Shown here: positions 50,393 through 64,000 of the stretch, piece after piece
How positions within the stretch are numbered: position 1 is the stretch's first letter
Layout of the letters: each line of letters begins with the position of its first letter
From: Trichosphaerium sp. ATCC 40318
Lineage: Eukaryota > Protista > Tubulinea
Length of the DNA: 64,000 bases
Direction of reading: 5' to 3'
NCBI GenBank assembly: GCA_038496445.1
Contig: JALMLS010000484.1
Location: forward strand, 1-64,000
Position numbers and translations under genes: made by a program
Notes under the pieces: generated by a model
Database searches by the model: none
Told to the model about the DNA's origin: nothing
What the model saw: only the letters and a program-made list of their open reading frames with translations

Positions 50393-52062
50393 ATGGAATC
50401 CAAAACAACAAGCAAGCTCTTTAGTATAGCTCACACTAGTGGTAACGCTCGTTGTGGTACATTGAATGTGAATGGAGCTGCTATAGAGACACCAGCTTTG
50501 TTATTGTACACGAGCAAAGGTCACCCTCCAAACATCACACCTGATATCTTGAGCACAATTGAGGATACAAATTGTATAAGTGCAACCCTTGGTGATTTGT
50601 ACGCGTAAACACTGGTATACGCCTAACAATGCCCCAAGCATATGTTTCGACAGCGTACTGGCGAAATCTGGCTCGAGTTTGCGTAAATTTGTTGGCCATG
50701 AAGAGAATAGACGCTTATTTTGTATTTGTCGCGATGCCAGAGTGTGGCGTGACAAGTGCTTTGAAAAAAAAAATTGTGCTGTCTACACAATATCAGGGCG
50801 CTTAGTTGTACGCACCAACAATGCCAATTGATTGCAGTAACGCTGAATAAGGTATCCCCTGAGTCTTACGTTGGTTTTATTCAAAATACGCAACCTTCTC
50901 TGTTTTCAAGTTTAACCTTCAGGTACATCGTTGTGTCCCATTACATAGTACTAAAACGTTTTCAGCGAGTCATTCTCAGCATCTTCAAGGCGAGCAAAGG
51001 TAGCTTTACAATTCAGTTAAAACTGTTTTAACATGCGTTCCAGAGATCAACAGATCTTTCACTAGAGTGGTTAAAAAAAACGCTGGCATTAGCCCCAGAG
51101 CTAAAGGCACAATAATACCTTTGTCTTGCATCATAACATGGGCGTAGGAGCGCATGTTTGGTGTAGTTCAAGGTGCTGGAAGCAAACAAGAAAGAAAAAG
51201 ATCTGCCGAACAAACAGCTTCACATGACTTACCAGGTTGCCATGGATATGGCCATACACCCATCTTATAATTTTCTTAGGTTATATTCTTGGTGGATTTG
51301 GTCTTGATGAACCTCCAGAATTACGTCGAGAATTGTTTGAAATTATTCTGGTATGTGTGGTGATAACTTGTCTTTTTTTTCGTTTTTTCAAGTTCTTTTT
51401 GGTTGGTAACCTTCACTGTAGAAGGAACTACCTCTTGAAAAACCAAAATATGTTGTGGGGCTGGATCTACCTGGTATGTTGAAAATATAAAATGGGCTAT
51501 CTAAGAGAGACTACTAGAGGACATTCTTGATGCTGTTGAACAAGGCATTGATTTATTTACAACATAGTATGTAATTTGTTTGTCCTTCCTTTTCTGGCTA
51601 CTATCTTCACTTGTAGGCATCTAATGTACTATTTTTAGTTACCCTCATACACTGGGTTCAATGGGGATAGCAATGACATTTGATATGAAACCTGTTGATG
51701 GCACACCGTCTCCAAATATTCTTAACTTAAGGGATAATCGATATAAGTTGGATAAGCGTCCTTTAAAGGAAGGATGTCAGTGCTATGCTTGTCGCAACCA
51801 TACACGCGCATATATTCACCACCTTTATGCCACTCATGAGATGCTAGCAAATATTCTACTCAACGTGTACGGATGGCTTTGCATTACTTTTTTTTTTTTG
51901 TCTTGTTTTTTTTTTCTAACGTTTATCTGATGACATCTTTTTAGGCATAATTGTCACCATTACATACAATTTTTCCGTGCAATTCGTGAAAGTATTAGAG
52001 CAAATAGATTTGTAGAATTTAAGAGTGAGTACATTGCTCACCGACAAAAACAAATGCAGTAA
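50393..52062 (+). CDS. QTRT2: Queuine tRNA-ribosyltransferase accessory subunit 2
   Basis: ARCGTL, ETPALLLYTSKGHPPNITPD, GVVQG, GIDLF and zinc site CQCYAC...AYIHHL...HN. Confidence 0.85.
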
Positions 52063-52614
52063 CAACACGACTGTAAAATAAAAAAGAATGAAACAAATTA
52101 TTGTTAAAGAGTTAGTTAACTAACTTTCGAAACCATTCACGTAAAATTGCCTGGGTGCATCAAGTACAAGATTTGACAATGATTACATTATCAGTCAAAA
52201 ATCAAATCTGGACCTGAAAAACGCTTTAGAGGTCAGGTTGGTTGAAAGTGATTTCTTTCGTCACGAGAAACGTTAATGAGCAGACCATGCTATGTAAATG
52301 ATACACTAGCAGGAGAGCACAAGGTGCGGCATTATTGGCCAACTAGAAGCTGAGGGTCATCACGCCAAACAAGCTTTCTTACACAGCAAATTGTGGAATG
52401 ACTACACAGGCCAATCACAGACAGATAGTCAGCGTTACGCTTATGTTTCTAAACCGGTTTAGTGTACGAACAAGAGTATTTGTTAGGAGGAGTACATTCC
52501 TCAACATCTTTGTGATCATTACAATGGAAGTACGAAAAATTAGCTGATTTATCTTTATTTGTACATGTACTAAAACTGATCGAAATTTATGATGGCTGCC
52601 TTGTTTTGGTAACT

Positions 52615-53649
52615 TTAAAGTAATATATGTTCTGGCATGTATACTTTAAACTGGTTGATTGTTTCCTTTGTCAATTCTGACTCTGACCATGGCAGTGGTT
52701 TTGAGTCCTTGTTATCTTCATTTCTTGCATCAACTAATATGATTTGGCACTCTGCGGACATGTCACATGCTGCTGCCAGTTTGTGGTGACCGTCAATAAT
52801 AATAGCCCCACGACTGAAATTATTGAAGGGTTTATCTGAACAATATTGTTGCGCGTTAGTGATATCTATCAAAAGGACTGTTGGTGCATATTCCTTGTTT
52901 TTTCTGAATTTATCTTTATAGTATTCGACACGTTCTTCATCATGAGGCTCATGTAATGGTAATCCGACAATTTGTAACTTTTCGAAAACATAATAACTAC
53001 CATCGACAATACCTCTATGAACATCCACGTGGTCACACTCGTCTCCATAATCACCAATTGAAGAGTTGAAAATTTTCATTTGTTTATCGAACCAATGGTA
53101 CCTACAGTCACCTTCCATCCGTACAGGTGTACCTCTCCATCTAGACAACATATACAATGACTTTGGAACAAGTTTTGAAAGGAAATGCTTGAGTTTCTTG
53201 CCAAGAATAACGTATTCTCCCGAAGCGAATTGTTCAGAAAAAAAGTTCTCGTCTTTTTCGAATTCAGGTCTTTTGAAATCTTCGTTAACTCCATTATTCT
53301 CAACAATCCAACCTATTGTAGAGCCACACCAGTCTTGTATTGTCACGCCATTCCATTTAATGAGATTTCCGTTACGCCATCTCCTGCTGGCTTCGAAATG
53401 ACACTGTAGCGGGCTCTCAGGGGTACCCATGCTCCACACGACTATTTTAGGTGACGCAAGGCGCTTCCATTCCAATAGTGGTTTGTCAGCGCTCATAATG
53501 CCAAAATCGTGCTTCAATCGGTATAAACCTACGTATTGAAGTAGCTTCTTTAGTTCTTGGCAAGTTGATCCGACGTTAAACGCTGCGGTATATACACCAT
53601 CTTCAAATAGATTCCTGATGACAGCTTCCCACACTACGTTGTTGGTCAT
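52615..53649 (-). CDS. Intronless 344-aa protein with a C-terminal ParB/sulfiredoxin-like motif and an F-box-like N-terminus
   Basis: Single long ORF; RVEYY...PTVL...IIIDGHHKLAAA motif; N-terminal VWEAVIRNL...STCQELKKL resembles a degenerate F-box. Confidence 0.7.
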   Translation of the reverse strand: MTNNVVWEAVIRNLFEDGVYTAAFNVGSTCQELKKLLQYVGLYRLKHDFGIMSADKPLLEWKRLASPKIVVWSMGTPESPLQCHFEASRRWRNGNLIKWNGVTIQDWCGSTIGWIVENNGVNEDFKRPEFEKDENFFSEQFASGEYVILGKKLKHFLSKLVPKSLYMLSRWRGTPVRMEGDCRYHWFDKQMKIFNSSIGDYGDECDHVDVHRGIVDGSYYVFEKLQIVGLPLHEPHDEERVEYYKDKFRKNKEYAPTVLLIDITNAQQYCSDKPFNNFSRGAIIIDGHHKLAAACDMSAECQIILVDARNEDNKDSKPLPWSESELTKETINQFKVYMPEHILL

Positions 53650-54390
53650 GTTGTAATCACGGGATAATATTACGCCACCATATGGTAAAACGATTCATTC
53701 TTTTTGAAAACTGGAATCATTTCAGAGGATTCAGAGATTTCAATGTTGAATTAACATAAAGCCTAAAGCCAAAGAACAACACTAGTATGAAGTATATGGT
53801 GTTCAAGAGGGTTGGTTCTGAATAGCCGAAAGAGACTGCCTACAAAAGGATGTTGGTGATATAAATTCAAGAAAAATCAGGTTTCGGACCGTTTTGTTTT
53901 ATTTTTTGATGGGCTGTGGTATTTGACGTGATTTTTAAAGTCTGATCAGGCCTTGTGACCAATTAGGTTCTCGTACAATACGTGCTTGGTTTGTCAGAGC
54001 CATACTACAATGAGTTCTAACGTAGAAAATAATCGGAAATAAATGGGTTGGCAAGTTTTTGCTGGACAGATGGTTTTGATCAAAAATCTTCTACTTTTTA
54101 AAGCCACTCCCGATTTGTAGCACGCACGTGATTGTCTGATCTTATGTACGCGTAAAGTACTCCATATTTATACGCTAATGTATAGGTGCAGAGTTGCAGG
54201 GCTACCTGTGTAACCATCTCGAAAAATGAGACAAAAAATAGTGCTATTTCGCGACTAATTGTGAGATGCTACAAGTTAACTAAATATTACATACTATCGC
54301 TTGTGCATTGACATGTTGGTAGAATACCGTTTAAATTTGAAAAGTCAACGCTATTTTCACACAATATTGACAACCAGCTGAGAGCAAAAC

Positions 54391-56892
54391 ATGCGGATCA
54401 TTAATCTCACACTGTTAATCGTACATATATATTACAGCTAGCTGATATAAACCAGTACAACTAGGTATTTTTCGTTTACATTTCAGCCAAAAGACCAAAC
54501 GTCCTGTATCTTCATGTAGACTCCATGGATGGTAGAACTGCACTACCAGGTATCGTGTTTTTGGCAATAGATCTTGTAGTGCTTGACTTCTTTGTTTTTT
54601 CGTTTTATCACGTGATATATTGATGTTTCTAAGGTTCTCCCGCTCTTACACCAAATATCGACGCTTTGATAAAACGTGGAGTTCAATTTACAAACACGTA
54701 CGCCCATGCGCCTGAATGTGTTCCTAGCCGTTCATCTTTGTGGTCTGGAAGGAGAACCGATCGAACTGGAGCTTATAATAACGGCCGAGTGAGTTGGCTT
54801 TTTTTTTTGAATTGGTATTCTGAAAGGGTTCTTTTAATTTGTTGTTGCTTAGGGCCTGAGTGTCCAATATCCCATTGCCATGGATCGTGTTTATGCCAAC
54901 GGTTATGATATTGGTATATTAGGCAGACGGGACTTTAACTTTTTTGGAGACTCCTTTAATCCTGCACACTCAATGTTTGCCAACATCCCTAGTATGTATG
55001 TGTGTACAACTAAAGAGATAACTTTTTTTAACCTGAAGGAATAGGATGAGCGAGGAAGATATTTTAACTCACTCATTATCTGCTAATCTCTCGGCATGGC
55101 TTCGTGCTGTACCTGACTTAAATTTACCTTGGGAATGGACTGTAAAACCTACAGTACTGTACGTTGGCACAGTCACGTGACATAAATTCGTTAATTTTTT
55201 TTTCAAGACCAAACTCAGCCAATAAAACAGATGTTCATACAATAGATTGGAAACGTGCTGAGCAGTGCTCTCAATTCTTACAAGGTAAGTAGACTACTAA
55301 CAAAATCGAAAATGGTCCTAAAGAAAGTATACTTCAGATAGAGCTAAAAATGGAAGTGATACACCATTTTTTGTTTCGTGCGGTTTCATTTGCCCTCATC
55401 CTGTCTATAAGACTTCTCAATACTGGTATGAAAAAGGAGTTGACGCTTCAAAAATAACTCTACCTGTATGGGGACCCTTGGAAGTACGACACGAGTCAAT
55501 TGATCTTTTTTTTTATAAAACTTTTTAGGAAATGCACCCTGTTCAACGATACGAGTCTGATACCAAGGACGTAGCTTTGTGGCCTAATATGACTGTGCAT
55601 AATTGGGATCCTAAAGTCATTAAAGAAATAAGACACGTGTATGACTCAAAGCGTACCTGCCAACACAGAAATGCAATAACTTTTTGACTAGATATTATGC
55701 GATGATTGCTGAAGCTGATGCCTTTGTTGGACAAGTTTTGAATGCACTCAAGAGCTCTGGCTTGGAAGATGACACTATTGTAAACTAAACCCTTAGTTCT
55801 TGCTTTTGCTCATGTTCTTCCTTAGGTGATATTTTGGAGTGATCATGGAGACATGACAATGGAGCACCGTCAATTTTACAAAGTAAGTAAGTTTATTTTA
55901 TTTTGAGGGCTTACTGTTTCTACAAGGAATCATTGTTGGAAGGTTCCGCAAGAGTGCCGCTTGTTATCGCTGGTCCAGGTAAGTGACTCTTGCGGTATGT
56001 TTGAGAAATATACATTTGTGTAGGCGTAAAGAAAGGAAAAAAGGTGACAAGAGCAACTTCCTTACTGGATTTGTTTCCAACAGTCATGGATCTGACGTAC
56101 ATTATTTTTTTACACTTTTTTACTTGGGCTTACCACAAAAGGCAAACACCATGGCCTACTGGCAATTATTCACTAGATGGGTACTCGCTACTAGAAGACA
56201 TATCTGATGGCACGTGGGAGACACTAGGACCTCACCAGAAGCACCCAGATTGGATGTACTATCCCCTTTATGTTTAAATCTATCTAGCTTACCCTTTTTT
56301 TTTTTAGATTCTTTCAGTGGCACGGTGATCACACGAACACAGGTCAATTTGGTATACGTCAAGGCGATTGGAAGTACATTAGATATATTGGCTATACCTC
56401 TCATCTGTTTAACATTACTGCTGATCCAGGTATGCTTCCCAAGGAAAACCTTTGTACTTTTTTGTCCAGTGTGTGCTAACACAACCAAAAAGGCGAGTTA
56501 GATGACTTGGCCACCAAAAATCCTGATGTTGTTAAGAAGCTTGATGGTACAGCCATACTGTTTGGGTTCAAAAACGGAAAATTAATCAATTATAGCATTG
56601 TTAATGAGTGTTGTCGATCCAGTCGCTGTAGACAAGGCAGCTAAAGATTGGGACAAAGAAATGTTCAAAAAATGGTACGCTGCCAATTGCAGGCAAAAAA
56701 TTGATAGATTGTTGTAGGAAAGAAGTACAAGGCGACCAGTGGCTTGAAAGTCTGGCTTCAAATGATCTCAGATGGGTATGTGCTTCGTTTAAGTCGAGAT
56801 TTGTTTAATTTATTTCAAAATAGCATCCTGGATGGGAAACCAACCCAAAAAAATGGACAGACTTGATCAACACTTGGCTAGCCACTCCTTAA
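54391..56892 (+). CDS. Secreted sulfatase (arylsulfatase K / choline-sulfatase-like)
   Basis: Spliced signal peptide MRIINLTLLIVFFVYISA, RPNVLYLHVDSMDGR, CVPSRSSLWSG (formylglycine motif), PHP, SDHGD and EGSARVPL motifs. Confidence 0.9.
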
Positions 56893-57070
56893 CTAGTTTT
56901 AAGTCTATTGGCCATCAAAACCTATTGAAAATGAAGTTGAACTCTGACTCAATAAAACCACTCTTTTGACTTTTTATCGCTTGTTTATCATGAAATTCGA
57001 AAGACAACTTGAAAAACTATCACGTGATGATGTGTAAAATTGTTTTCGAAAAAGAAGCACCTTTTTTATT

Positions 57071-60000
57071 TTACAAGGCATCTCGCAACTGTGCGATCAT
57101 CTTATGTATATAGAATTGTCTATAAGACTCAGGAACCAATGCAAGTTGTTCAGCAGCACTTGATATTTGGTCCATAGCTCCAACACAAACAGGTAAATCC
57201 CTACAAACAAAAAAAGTGAGAATAACAACATTTTTTAAAAAAAGAGTGTTCGTCACCTGTTTCCATAGAGATCTCTTGAAAGATCGTAGTAATCATCGTG
57301 TAGATGTTTAAAGAATACATTGATAGAAAAACAAGGTGTGAGCGCCTCTACATTATGAAACCAAAGAGCTGGTATGAACAAAACTTGACCTTCTTCCAAA
57401 ATACATTCAATTTGAGATTCTTGTGCTTTTGCGAATAATGGATACTTTACTAAATCAGGGTTTCGTATATCGACCACTTTAGATGTTGAACCAACAACAT
57501 AGAGGTTCTCAACCATATTGGGATGCCACATAACAACCTAATAAGAGAGCATGATGTAAGTCAATTGAAATCTGTTTTTGAAAAAAAAAACCCATCAAAA
57601 CAGGCGATGCTTGTTAGGTGCACGTGGTTTTAAATTTTCAAATTTGTTCTTAGTACCCTTTTCCTTCCTTTAACGTTTATAAGGAAGTTGTCCATTATGT
57701 CATAATGAGTCCATAATTGAAGATTTTTTGAGCTCATGCGAACAACACTTGAGTATAATTTAGATTTAATAAAATCAAGTTCTTTTGGTATACTGAAGTC
57801 ATTTGCAATAGACGGGAATGTTGCCCACATATTCGCAACATCCTTTCTCGCATTATTTCCAATAGACCTACACCACAAAGTCAATTTTTTTGAAAACTGA
57901 AGATAACTTCATAGTCAAGAAGAATCAATTCAAAAACATGAAATTCTTAGCTTCGTGCAACCACGAATTATTGGCCTCGTAGTAAAAAGTAGCGTAAAAC
58001 TATTAAAGTGGTACCTGAAGTAATATCCTTTACCGTCGTTTCTTTCTGTTGATGTTATCAAAGAAACAAAATCAGCAAATGGCATTGCTTTGAATTCATA
58101 ATTCTTATCAACGAAATCTAATTTGTTGTTGATGCATTCTCGTACAGAGATGATACTATCCTTGCATTTATCACTCAAATGTGACCATGTCCATAATTCT
58201 TTACATTTACCAATATCAAAGTCTTTAACTATGACAGGAACACGTGCAAGAAGTTGCTTTTTATCAAAATCAGAAGCTTCCGAAGCAGAAATTACTTCAA
58301 TGTTCTTTATCAATGTATCTTGTTTCGCTGTTGCAGTAGTACTCTACATTAATGGTTAGTAGATACAAGAGAATGTATTTAGTATGAGTGCGTACATTTG
58401 ATAGATGGCTAAACGAAATCTGCATAGCGTTGTTGTAGCAATTACCAAACGAAAAACAAAGTGCTCCTCCACCAATAACAAATGCTTTGTTCTGAAACAT
58501 TACCACCTTGTGTTTTACCAAAATAGATGGTTGAGGTACATCTGAGTCTAGTGTACGTATTTCCATTGAATCAACGTCCTTAGAGAACGTAATTGAATGG
58601 ATAGCATTTGATGCAAGAGGAGAACAACCGCCTTAAAATCATACATTAACAAAACGCCAACATTTCGTTTGTGTCGAACTGTACCTATCATCAATGCTTC
58701 TAATCCATCTCCAGACGGTGATAAAGAAAGCGTATGCGCATATAGAGGCGGTAAATCTACTGTAGATTTGATTTGATGCCACTGCGATGTCGTAGTGTTA
58801 AAAACCCAGGCACATTTGAGAATCACATTTTTTTCGTTTCTACCACCATGTATTACAACCTACAGCTGTTTTTTAGATCAACTATGTCACTGTAATGCTA
58901 CCGTACGTTATTACTAATAGTCACCGACGCATGAGATAGACGAGGTGCTGGCTTCTCTTGACAGTTTTCGGCAACTTTCGCTGATACTCCTGTCTCTGGG
59001 TTGACCAAGAATGCATCGTTTAGAGCGCTGTACTCATTTCTTCCAATTACTAAACACAACATCAACTTGTATTACCCTCAAGTAACCAAATGTCTTGCTA
59101 GCGAGCGTACGTTTTCTACCACCGAATATAAAAAGCATTTTCTTTCCATTGGATGAGACAACGTTCATGGAGTGTCGCCATCTATTTGATAATTTTTTTT
59201 GTAAGTTTAATTTCAAATAGTACTGAAATGTGAGACACTTACCTTGCTGTTGGGATTTCACCTTTCAGCGATATTGATTTCCATCGTTTTGTTAAGGTGT
59301 TGAGACGCCATAAATCACTTTAAAATAGAATTAAGCGTAAAATCTAAGTAGTTCAATGTCCACTTACCTCAAAGGTTTTTTTGGAGATTCCCTGCCACCA
59401 AACACGTATAGAAAATGGTCTATAGCTGCACAAGTATGGAAAGCTCTTGTTTTAGGTGTTGTCCCTGTAACCTCAAGTACTGTAGCTCTGTTTGTCGTTG
59501 GATTGAAGAGAATAACATCATTTAATCTGCGATAAAAAAACTCAACAAAACGTGACTGTATTTTGACTTTCTCATTTGAAAAAAATACCAACTCGGGTTC
59601 CTTACCGTCTATTGTCATAACCACCAAACGTTATAATATTTGTACCAACAAGGCACGTGTCATGACCCCAACGAGAGAATATCTTGAAGGGTTTTCCTTG
59701 TTGATCAATCAAGTGTACACCAACAGCAGAAGAATCAGATTTTGGTGCTTTGTAAACATCGTTTCGAAGGTTTGGTAAATGAGATGCTATATCCTCAAGC
59801 TTTAATGTCTCGCCGTTTTTGATTGAACAAGAAACAAAGTAATGTGTTGTCTTAATATCCCACTCTTCATGCTCATCAAACATCTCTAATTGCATCACCT
59901 ATAGATCAAACAAGTCAGCACAGACGGAGTTCATTAATAATCAGTTTGAGTAGTACTCTGTTTCTTTCTTCATCTGTTAATCCATGCACGAAGATTTGGT

Positions 60001-61193
60001 GCATATCTGCTGCTCTAACAAAAGAAAATCCAATGTCCAGGTATCGAGCTCGTTGTGCTTCCAGTGTTGGAAATGTGTCAATACCAAGTAAACTTGATTT
60101 CTTTGAAGCAAGCTTACGCTTCATAACACGTCCAAATCCATCCTATGTACAAAGTTAGTTTAAACTACCCGCAAACTTTTATTTCTATTGAATGAACACG
60201 TGACATACTTGTGGCGTAATTTGTTCGTAAGTCACAAACACGCAAACGTCCACTAAGTTGTATGCCCATTTTATAAGCGCTGTAGATGATTCTAAGTGGA
60301 TGCATGAGTCTTTGTAATAAAATAATATTTGGGGTTACCTGGAGGCATGTATGTCATAACACACTCAGCAAAGAATAATGTTGGTACATCAGTCTTGAAG
60401 CCAGCATCTTTCACCAAAATCTGTGTTGCCTGCGTCAAGTCACATAGATCTTTATGGGTGTCATGTTAATGAAGTTGATAAAGGGAATAGTTTTCACATA
60501 CCAGCTCCAACAAGGCGGTAATGCCGGGACATCTACCAACTGTTAAATCAAAAAAAAAAAAAAAAAAAAACTGTCCGTTTTTCTCAAAATGTACCATTAC
60601 TACACTGCCTGAAGGTTCCGTAAATTCACCAACGTGATCTGTCATACCCGATTTCTTTATGAAATCGCGTTTTCTCGATACTACCTATGAACATTTGTAA
60701 CCGCTTCTGAAATTAAGAAATATATCTCATTGTAGTACCGCTGGGAAGTCTATTTCGAAATATGTTGGTTGTGTTTCTTCTGCGCCTTGTTTGAAGAGGT
60801 CCAGATCGGACATTACCCAAAAGGAGGTGTCAAAGCCTGCGCCAAGTGAAACGATCTTTGTAGGTAAGTTTTACGCGTAATGGTATCGTTAGGTGATGGT
60901 TTTAGGCGTACTTGTTTACAAGAGGGTGTACAGGCTAGGAATTTGCGTAGAATGTCTCGTATAGCTTTAGCACGTATATAGTAACCCCTGTTAATTAATG
61001 GAGAGCGTCTAGACGCTTTAGGCACAAAGTTTTTAACATATTCATCATTAAAGTAGCGGAATCGCGCAGCCGACCCTTTACGTAGCTTATATTAATTTAT
61101 TGCACTTTAGTTGTGTAATTGTTACTTACTTTTGCTTACAATACTCTCATCATTAGTAGCGGCAACAGCCACTGTATCTTGAGTAGTTTCCAT
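57071..61193 (-). CDS. TYW4: tRNA wybutosine enzyme TYW4/LCMT2 (LCM methyltransferase + Kelch) fused to a C-terminal TYW5-like JmjC hydroxylase
   Basis: RRSPLINRGYYIR, SLGAGFD, AECVMTYM and YEQI; Kelch blades (FGGR, HGG); JmjC LWTHYD...ALWFHNV and PESYRQFY. Confidence 0.88.
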
Positions 61194-61330
61194 TTGATTC
61201 GCTACAATCAAAGCCCAAAATAAAGTCAAATATTGTTTCACAAAATTCATGTTTCGCGACTTAACAGTCAAACCCAAGTTCCTCCCAAAGCATTACCCCA
61301 CTTGTATTTATTCTATCACAGTTGATAGTT

Positions 61331-64000
61331 ATGGAATTAGTAAGTATAAAACGAGATATATTATTACAATAGAATATGGGCATTAAATCCCCTAACTTTT
61401 TTTGTTCTAATTTACTAATGTTTCCTTATTTATTTTCTTAACCCATCTATTTTTTAGCGAGTGTTAAATGCGCATGTGATTATCTTGGTGATGATTTTTA
61501 TTTTATCTATTGTACCGTGTTATAATTCTTTTGAATACGAGGCATGCCCAATAGAGTCATTTACACTAAATGAAAACTCTGGAAGATGGTTGGATGATGT
61601 AAAACAAGTAAAACAATTATTGGACTTTTTTCCGGTACCAAACAGTCTTAAACACAACCTAGCATAAGTACGCTCACCGTAATAATAGCAAATAATTAAT
61701 CCCAATCTTAGTAGCAAACGACGTTGATTTACCACTCACAGACCATTCAGCAGTAATTAACTGGGGTGCAGAAAACTGGTGCGTATTTTTTGTTCCAAAT
61801 TTTCAAGTGAAATGAAAAAAAAATCACGTGATGTACCGTGCTCAAAACGTGACTTTGTAAAACAATTTAAAAAGCAAGAAATTCAATTAGAAATAATTAC
61901 CCTTTTTTTTTACTGTTCCAGAATTATCAAGTTCATGTTTATTAGGTTCCCTGAAGCCCTTGGAGAACAGGTTTCTAATGTAAGCCAGGCTCGTATGATG
62001 ACATTCGCTGGAGGAAGTACTCAGGTGGGTGGTAATGAACCTAGCCCCTATTTTTACAATCTTCAAATAAATTTTGGAACAAATATCAACGCCCTACCAA
62101 GTGAGTTTTTTTGAATGAATTACAACGTTACCACAGATTACGGATTCCTACTTAACTGTGCACATTTAGGAAATATCGTTGGTTTCCCTGATCTCGTAGC
62201 TAGTAGATTTGATCCATACCTCATTTTGATCATCAACAACCAACCAACGATGCTAGAGTGGAGTGGTGCGGTTTAGCAAGATACAATCTTTCTGTTTGTT
62301 CAAACTTGTTACAGGCAATGTTACCGTGGATTTGTTGGGTAAAAATATCTTTACGCGAACGAGCCCTGCACTAGCCTATGCTGGACCAAGATCCCCACGT
62401 ACAATAAGGGACCTTGGAATAATAACAGAAGTCATTGGCGATAATACTTTTAAAAGTATGCCGCTTAAGTTAATGGTTTTTGGTGGAAAAAACACTCAAG
62501 GAACTGTGACAGTCAGTAATAATATACCAGTCAGTTTACAAACTAATTTCAACAATGCTGCAACAAGTTTATTCTTCTTAAGTACGCTAGATTTTTTCCT
62601 CACGTGCTATCATTTCACACTCAACTGATGCCATTTTTAGCCAGGATAGATTCATCCCAACTAATTGGAGCATCGAGCGTCCAAAGCTGGATAGATACTC
62701 TAGACAAGGATTCCACACATCGAATAGGACATAGTGCTTTCCACGTGATTAATGAACTTGTCAACCCTCCAGATACATTCTTAGAAGGCCATTTTCTCAT
62801 ATGGGGAGGCTTTGACGCGGATGCACCTACTATATACTACAACTCATTCGATCAATTCGATTCGGGTACAAAACCAAACAGAAATCAAAGCTCTTTTTGT
62901 TTCTAACTTCATTTTCCCAGTAACTAACAGATGGGTTGCAACACCGCCTACACCGGCAGGACAACTCCCTCCAGCACGCGCATATCATACAGCGGTCTAT
63001 ATACTAGAGTCTGTAGATGCTCCAAATGATATTAAAGTCACACGAAACTCGCACATGATTATATTTGGTGGAACTAATGGGAATACAGCATTCAATGATG
63101 TATGGGATTACAATATTGGTAAGAAAACCAAGAAAATTGTCGGATTTTGTATCCTCTAACGACCCTTTTAGTAACAAATGCGTGGACGGAGATTACACCC
63201 CTAGGAACACCTCCATCGCCTAGATATAGGCACAGTGCTGTTATTATGAGTGGATTCCAAGAGGGTACAACTGAATTTTTGGCAGATTCGTTCAAGAAAA
63301 TACTTGTATTTGGTGGACAAACTCAAGATGGAACTTACTTGAATGACTTGTGGACTCTTGACTTGGTTGGTGGTGATTGGACATGGTCTCAACTTAGAAA
63401 CCTTCAAGGCGCTCCTTCACCACGTGCAGGACATGTTGCTATTGGTATAGGATTAAACTATATGATCATTCATGGTGGCGACGATGGAACTCAAGTTTTT
63501 GGGAAAATGCATTTTTTCGGTACGCCTCTTTGTTGTTTTTTTTTTGAAGCTTCATGGTGACTTTGCAAGTCTCTAATTTTTGTTTGTTTTAAAGACTTTG
63601 AGTGTCCGCACTACTGTGAGGCAACTGGATCGTGTTTGAAGTGTGAGACAGACTGTATACATAGAACAACTTGTGATGCTGCTAGACCATTCAAATGTGG
63701 TTTTGAATGTCGTTCAGAAACACCTTTCTCTGTTGGTGGCTGCCTTGAAGGAAGATCAGCAAGCGAATGCCCTTCAAACCTACCTATCCTCTGCCCAGAG
63801 GTACTTACCATTTTTGTACTTGACTCAAATACTAACTGTATATTCCACATCAGGGACAATGTGTTGACGATGAAAAGTTATGCACAGTGTGGCCAAGATG
63901 TCCTCCAAATTATATCAAGTAAGTTAGGATTTCTTTCTACCAGAGGATAGTTCGGAACTGAGACCTCCTTCACAAAATTTCGGCCTATATTTTCTGACCT
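61331..64000 (+). CDS. Secreted/surface Kelch-repeat protein with a Cys-rich region (partial, runs off window)
   Basis: Hydrophobic N-terminus; PPARAYHTAV..FGG..NDVW, PSPRYRHSAV..FGG..NDLW and PSPRAGH..HGG blades, then Cys-rich repeats. Start uncertain. Confidence 0.7.

Noticed and set aside
52070-52600. Possible snoRNA or ncRNA in the spacer
   Set aside because: No convincing C/D or H/ACA box pairing or terminal stem.

Overview
Eukaryotic genomic DNA: an intron-rich, gene-dense protist with mostly 40-60 nt introns. The gene content looks amoebozoan-like, but the taxon cannot be fixed from sequence alone. Bases 1-6.3 kb are a gene-free transposon graveyard: a ~630-bp near-perfect inverted repeat, ACCCGTAC minisatellite arrays, a ~396-bp MITE-like element with TIRs and a 4-bp flanking duplication plus partial copies, and a decayed 3' end of a non-LTR retrotransposon, with CpG decay largely confined to these repeats. 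Bases 6.4-64 kb carry about 24 tightly packed genes: nitronate monooxygenase, Rab32-like GTPase, an unknown protein, a helical-repeat/RAP-like PD-(D/E)XK protein head-to-head with a mitochondrial PPR protein, UBZ-RING E3, DBT, isochorismatase, a two-module sacsin-like giant, AlkB, an NHL membrane protein, SDR, an SPT23/MGA2-like transcription factor, serine carboxypeptidase, site-1 protease, a small orphan, an F-box/pseudo-Rab fusion, ATG4, stand-alone C-CAP, QTRT2, an intronless ParB-motif protein, an ARSK-like sulfatase, a TYW4-TYW5 fusion and a partial Kelch protein. Multi-exon CDS coordinates are start-to-stop spans from splicing by eye. The best leads are the repeat+RAP-like nuclease/PPR pair, the F-box pseudo-GTPase, the intronless ParB-motif gene, the sacsin-like protein and the repeat-restricted CpG decay.
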